A stretch of 64,000 nucleotides of DNA from NCBI GenBank assembly GCA_002269645.1, contig NIVC01000016.1:248001-312000 (forward strand), given 5' to 3'. Made by a program: the position numbers and the translations under genes. Within the stretch, counting starts at the first letter, position 1, and each line of letters starts with the position of its first letter. The stretch comes from Macrostomum lignano (Eukaryota). This document shows positions 60,631-64,000 of this stretch, piece after piece. The notes below the pieces were generated by a model. It was not told the DNA's origin. It did not search any database and saw only the letters and a program-made list of their open reading frames with translations.

Positions 60631-61676
60631 ACGCCAGTCTACGTGGTCTCGAACCCGGAGACTCCGACTCGACTGCCGTTGATCGAAGCCAGACGAGAGG
60701 CTGAGCCGATGGCGACCCGAAATTCTGCCCGACTGCCGCCGCGCTCGCCGCGGTGGTCGCTGCCGCCGACAGACAATCGGGAGTCTCAGCGGCAGCAACA
60801 ACAGCAGCCTGTTGCGACATTTGCGCCGACGCCTCCGCTTTCGATGCCGATTCCGGATGTTGATCGGCAGCCGAGGCCCATCCCTATGCCGCCGCCTCCG
60901 CCTCCGCTTCTGCCAGCTTCTCAGCAATACCCGCAGCAATACCCGCAGCAATCCACATCTCGCCTGATGTACCCGGAGGCTCCGGTCTACGTGCCGCAGC
61001 CGGGCGAGCGCACCTACCGGGAGAGATTTGAGGCGGCCGCTGGCCGGAACAAGCTGCGAGGAGACGGCGGCGCCGCCCAGGTGGACGGAGCAAACAACCG
61101 GACGGGTAAGAGCATCCATGAAGGTGGCGGCACATCAAACAGTTAATTGAAGGTGGCGGCACATCAAACAGTTAATTGAAGGTGGCGGCACATCAAACAG
61201 TTAATTGAAGGTGGCGGCACATCAAACAGTTAATTGAAGGTGGCGGTACATCAAACAGTTTTAGAGTGGCGGCACATCAAACGGTTTTAGTGTGGCGGCA
61301 CATCAAACGGTTTTAGTGTGGCGGCACATCAAACAGTTAATTGAAGCTGGCGGCACATCAAACGGTTTTAGAGTGGCGGCACATCAAACGGTTTTAGTGT
61401 GGCGGCACATCAAACAGTTTTAGAGTGGCGGCACATCAAAAGCTTAATTATTTAATTATCTATTTGTTAAGGCTGGCTGGACGGCGGGCCAAAGGTAACC
61501 CCCACCCCCTTATCGCACCTGACCGACCCCCCGCAGTGCAATCGCTGGCCCGCCTGAACGCCAGCCTGCGCGGCGAGTTACGTCAGCTGGACGGCGCCAT
61601 CCAGCAGCACCAGCGGGTGAACGCCCTGCAGAGCGACATCCGCCGCAACGAGGGCCGCAAAGTGCTGTCCATCTGA
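54306..61676 (+). CDS. KIF12: Kinesin-like protein KIF12 (kinesin-16 family), N-terminal motor; apparent 1-nt frameshift in exon 8
   Basis: Exons 54306-54328, 54410-54511, 55373-55567, 55644-55719, 56310-56456, 56537-56672, 57476-57637, 58630-58834, 59516-59620, 60157-61105, 61537-61676. Motifs: [93 protein letters not shown] and [13 protein letters not shown]. The stalk [16 protein letters not shown] resembles KIF12. The start codon is uncertain. Confidence 0.88.
54612..55352 (+). repeat. 20-bp minisatellite (CTCACTCCAGAAACCTACAG) in kinesin intron 2
   Basis: Visible tandem array. Confidence 0.95.
55815..56275 (-). repeat. Same 20-bp minisatellite in inverted orientation in kinesin intron 4
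   Basis: The + unit CTGGAGTGAGCTGTAGGTTA has reverse complement TAACCTACAGCTCACTCCAG. Confidence 0.93.
56695..57262 (+). repeat. 14-bp (GAGTGACAGAATCG) and 29-bp variant minisatellite in kinesin intron 6
   Basis: Visible tandem array. Confidence 0.93.
57645..58615 (+). repeat. 15-bp C-rich minisatellite (CCCTGATACCCCACA) in kinesin intron 7
   Basis: Tandem array with higher-order blocks. Confidence 0.95.
58985..59475 (+). repeat. 16-bp G-rich minisatellite (GGGTGTCAGGGGTTTT) in kinesin intron 8
   Basis: Visible tandem array. Confidence 0.93.
59700..60152 (+). repeat. 31-bp minisatellite (CTCACTCTACCCTAAACATCGGCTACCCAAC) in kinesin intron 9
   Basis: The array runs directly into the acceptor CCCTAAACGCAG at 60156. 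Confidence 0.95.
61122..61440 (+). repeat. ~29-bp minisatellite (GTGGCGGCACATCAAACAGTTAATTGAAG) in kinesin intron 10
   Basis: Visible tandem array. Confidence 0.9.
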
Positions 61677-62814
61677 ATCTCTCTTAAATATTTGAAATTG
61701 AGCGTTTGGACAAAGGTGGCGAGCTCTATTTCCATGAAATTCGACCTCACGGTGCGCAGAATATTTTCGTTTATTTATTCACTTTCGATCTGACAGAGCC
61801 CTCAATTATTCTAATTTTACTGGCAAAACTGTAAATATGCGGTAAATGCTACTGCTACTACTGCCGAGTCAGTAGGCTGCGAGTAAATTTTGTCACTCGA
61901 GCAGTTATTTCCTTGGCAGCGAACCAAAAACTGCGACTCGCCCACCTGTCAATCACAATGTTTTTCTATTTTTGACCTCGATAAAACTTTTTATTTGTTT
62001 GTATTCGCTTTCTGTGCTACTTATCAGTAGCATATCAGTAGTATATGCTGTGAAACCACGCTGCACAAATACACTGGCGAGATAGCAAGTTTAAAGAGAT
62101 TTAAAGAGATATTAAAACTTTCATATTTTCCTCTTAAAATTCTAAAATGCTTAATTCTTACTCATTTGAATCGCCTTAAATTAAAAAACAACGTACTTTT
62201 TTTCTTCAATCACTTTGAAAAATTTATCAGACTTAAAACAAATTCAACTTTATATTCAACAGACAGGGTGTGCAGTTCGGTGCTCCGAGTTCGTGTAAAT
62301 TTTGACAGATATTTAACAACCTCGTGCTGACAGGAAATCGGTGCGCTGCTCCCAGGAGACACAGAACAGACGGACAGGCACAGAGAGACACAGAGCTAGT
62401 GTGAAAGAGACTAAGAAAGATACTTTCAGAGGACAGCAACAGCTATTGACAAGCAACAAGACAAGTAAAACGGATACAGTTAATAAATAGCATAAACTTG
62501 GTTAATAACAAAAAAATCTGCACAGCTTCTTAGCAACTCAGCGATTCAGAAAGTCGTTCTGATGGGATATGGAGATTGGGAATAAAAACGGACGAAGCAT
62601 GGGACGCGACGGACTGACAAAACTGGGAAAGGACGGAGTTGGGAGAAACCTTTTAACTCTTATTCTGCATAGTTCGAAACAATCAAGTGTGCAATTGGAT
62701 TTCGCCACTGACTCGACTGAACAATAAAGAACGGCACAGGCTCAAAACGGTCTACTGTGAGTAGAGAAAAAATGTTTTTTTTAAAACAACAAAAAAACTA
62801 AAATTGAAGGTCGA

Positions 62815-64000
<1,186 letters not shown>

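Overview
This is eukaryotic (animal) genomic DNA. GC-rich, polyQ/polyP-rich exons alternate with introns and spacers packed with locus-specific tandem repeats, a style reminiscent of the flatworm Macrostomum (organism assignment is inference only). Spliced gene models rebuilt by hand from GT-AG sites and phase: the 3' part of a MORC2-like gene (+, <1-4486), a melatonin-receptor-like class A GPCR with an in-frame TAG (-, 10940-19699), an intronless tandem-NHR (Neuralized-like) gene with no RING (-, 28979-30106), a nicotinic acetylcholine receptor alpha subunit (+, ~41501-50744), a KIF12-like kinesin with a 1-nt frameshift (+, 54306-61676) and the 3' end of a C2H2 zinc-finger gene (-, 62815->64000). 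Mobile elements are two related non-autonomous CAAGG...CCTTG TIR elements with exact 8-bp TSDs and a tRNA-derived SINE. There are more than 30 micro/minisatellite arrays, and most long ORFs in the supplied track are artefacts of them. The best leads are: minisatellite units that look like amplified splice sites; one satellite in inverted orientation on both sides of the kinesin P-loop exons; about 100 tandem decoy acceptors in a GPCR intron; and a perfect RFX X-box opening a candidate spliced mini-gene inside a nAChR intron.
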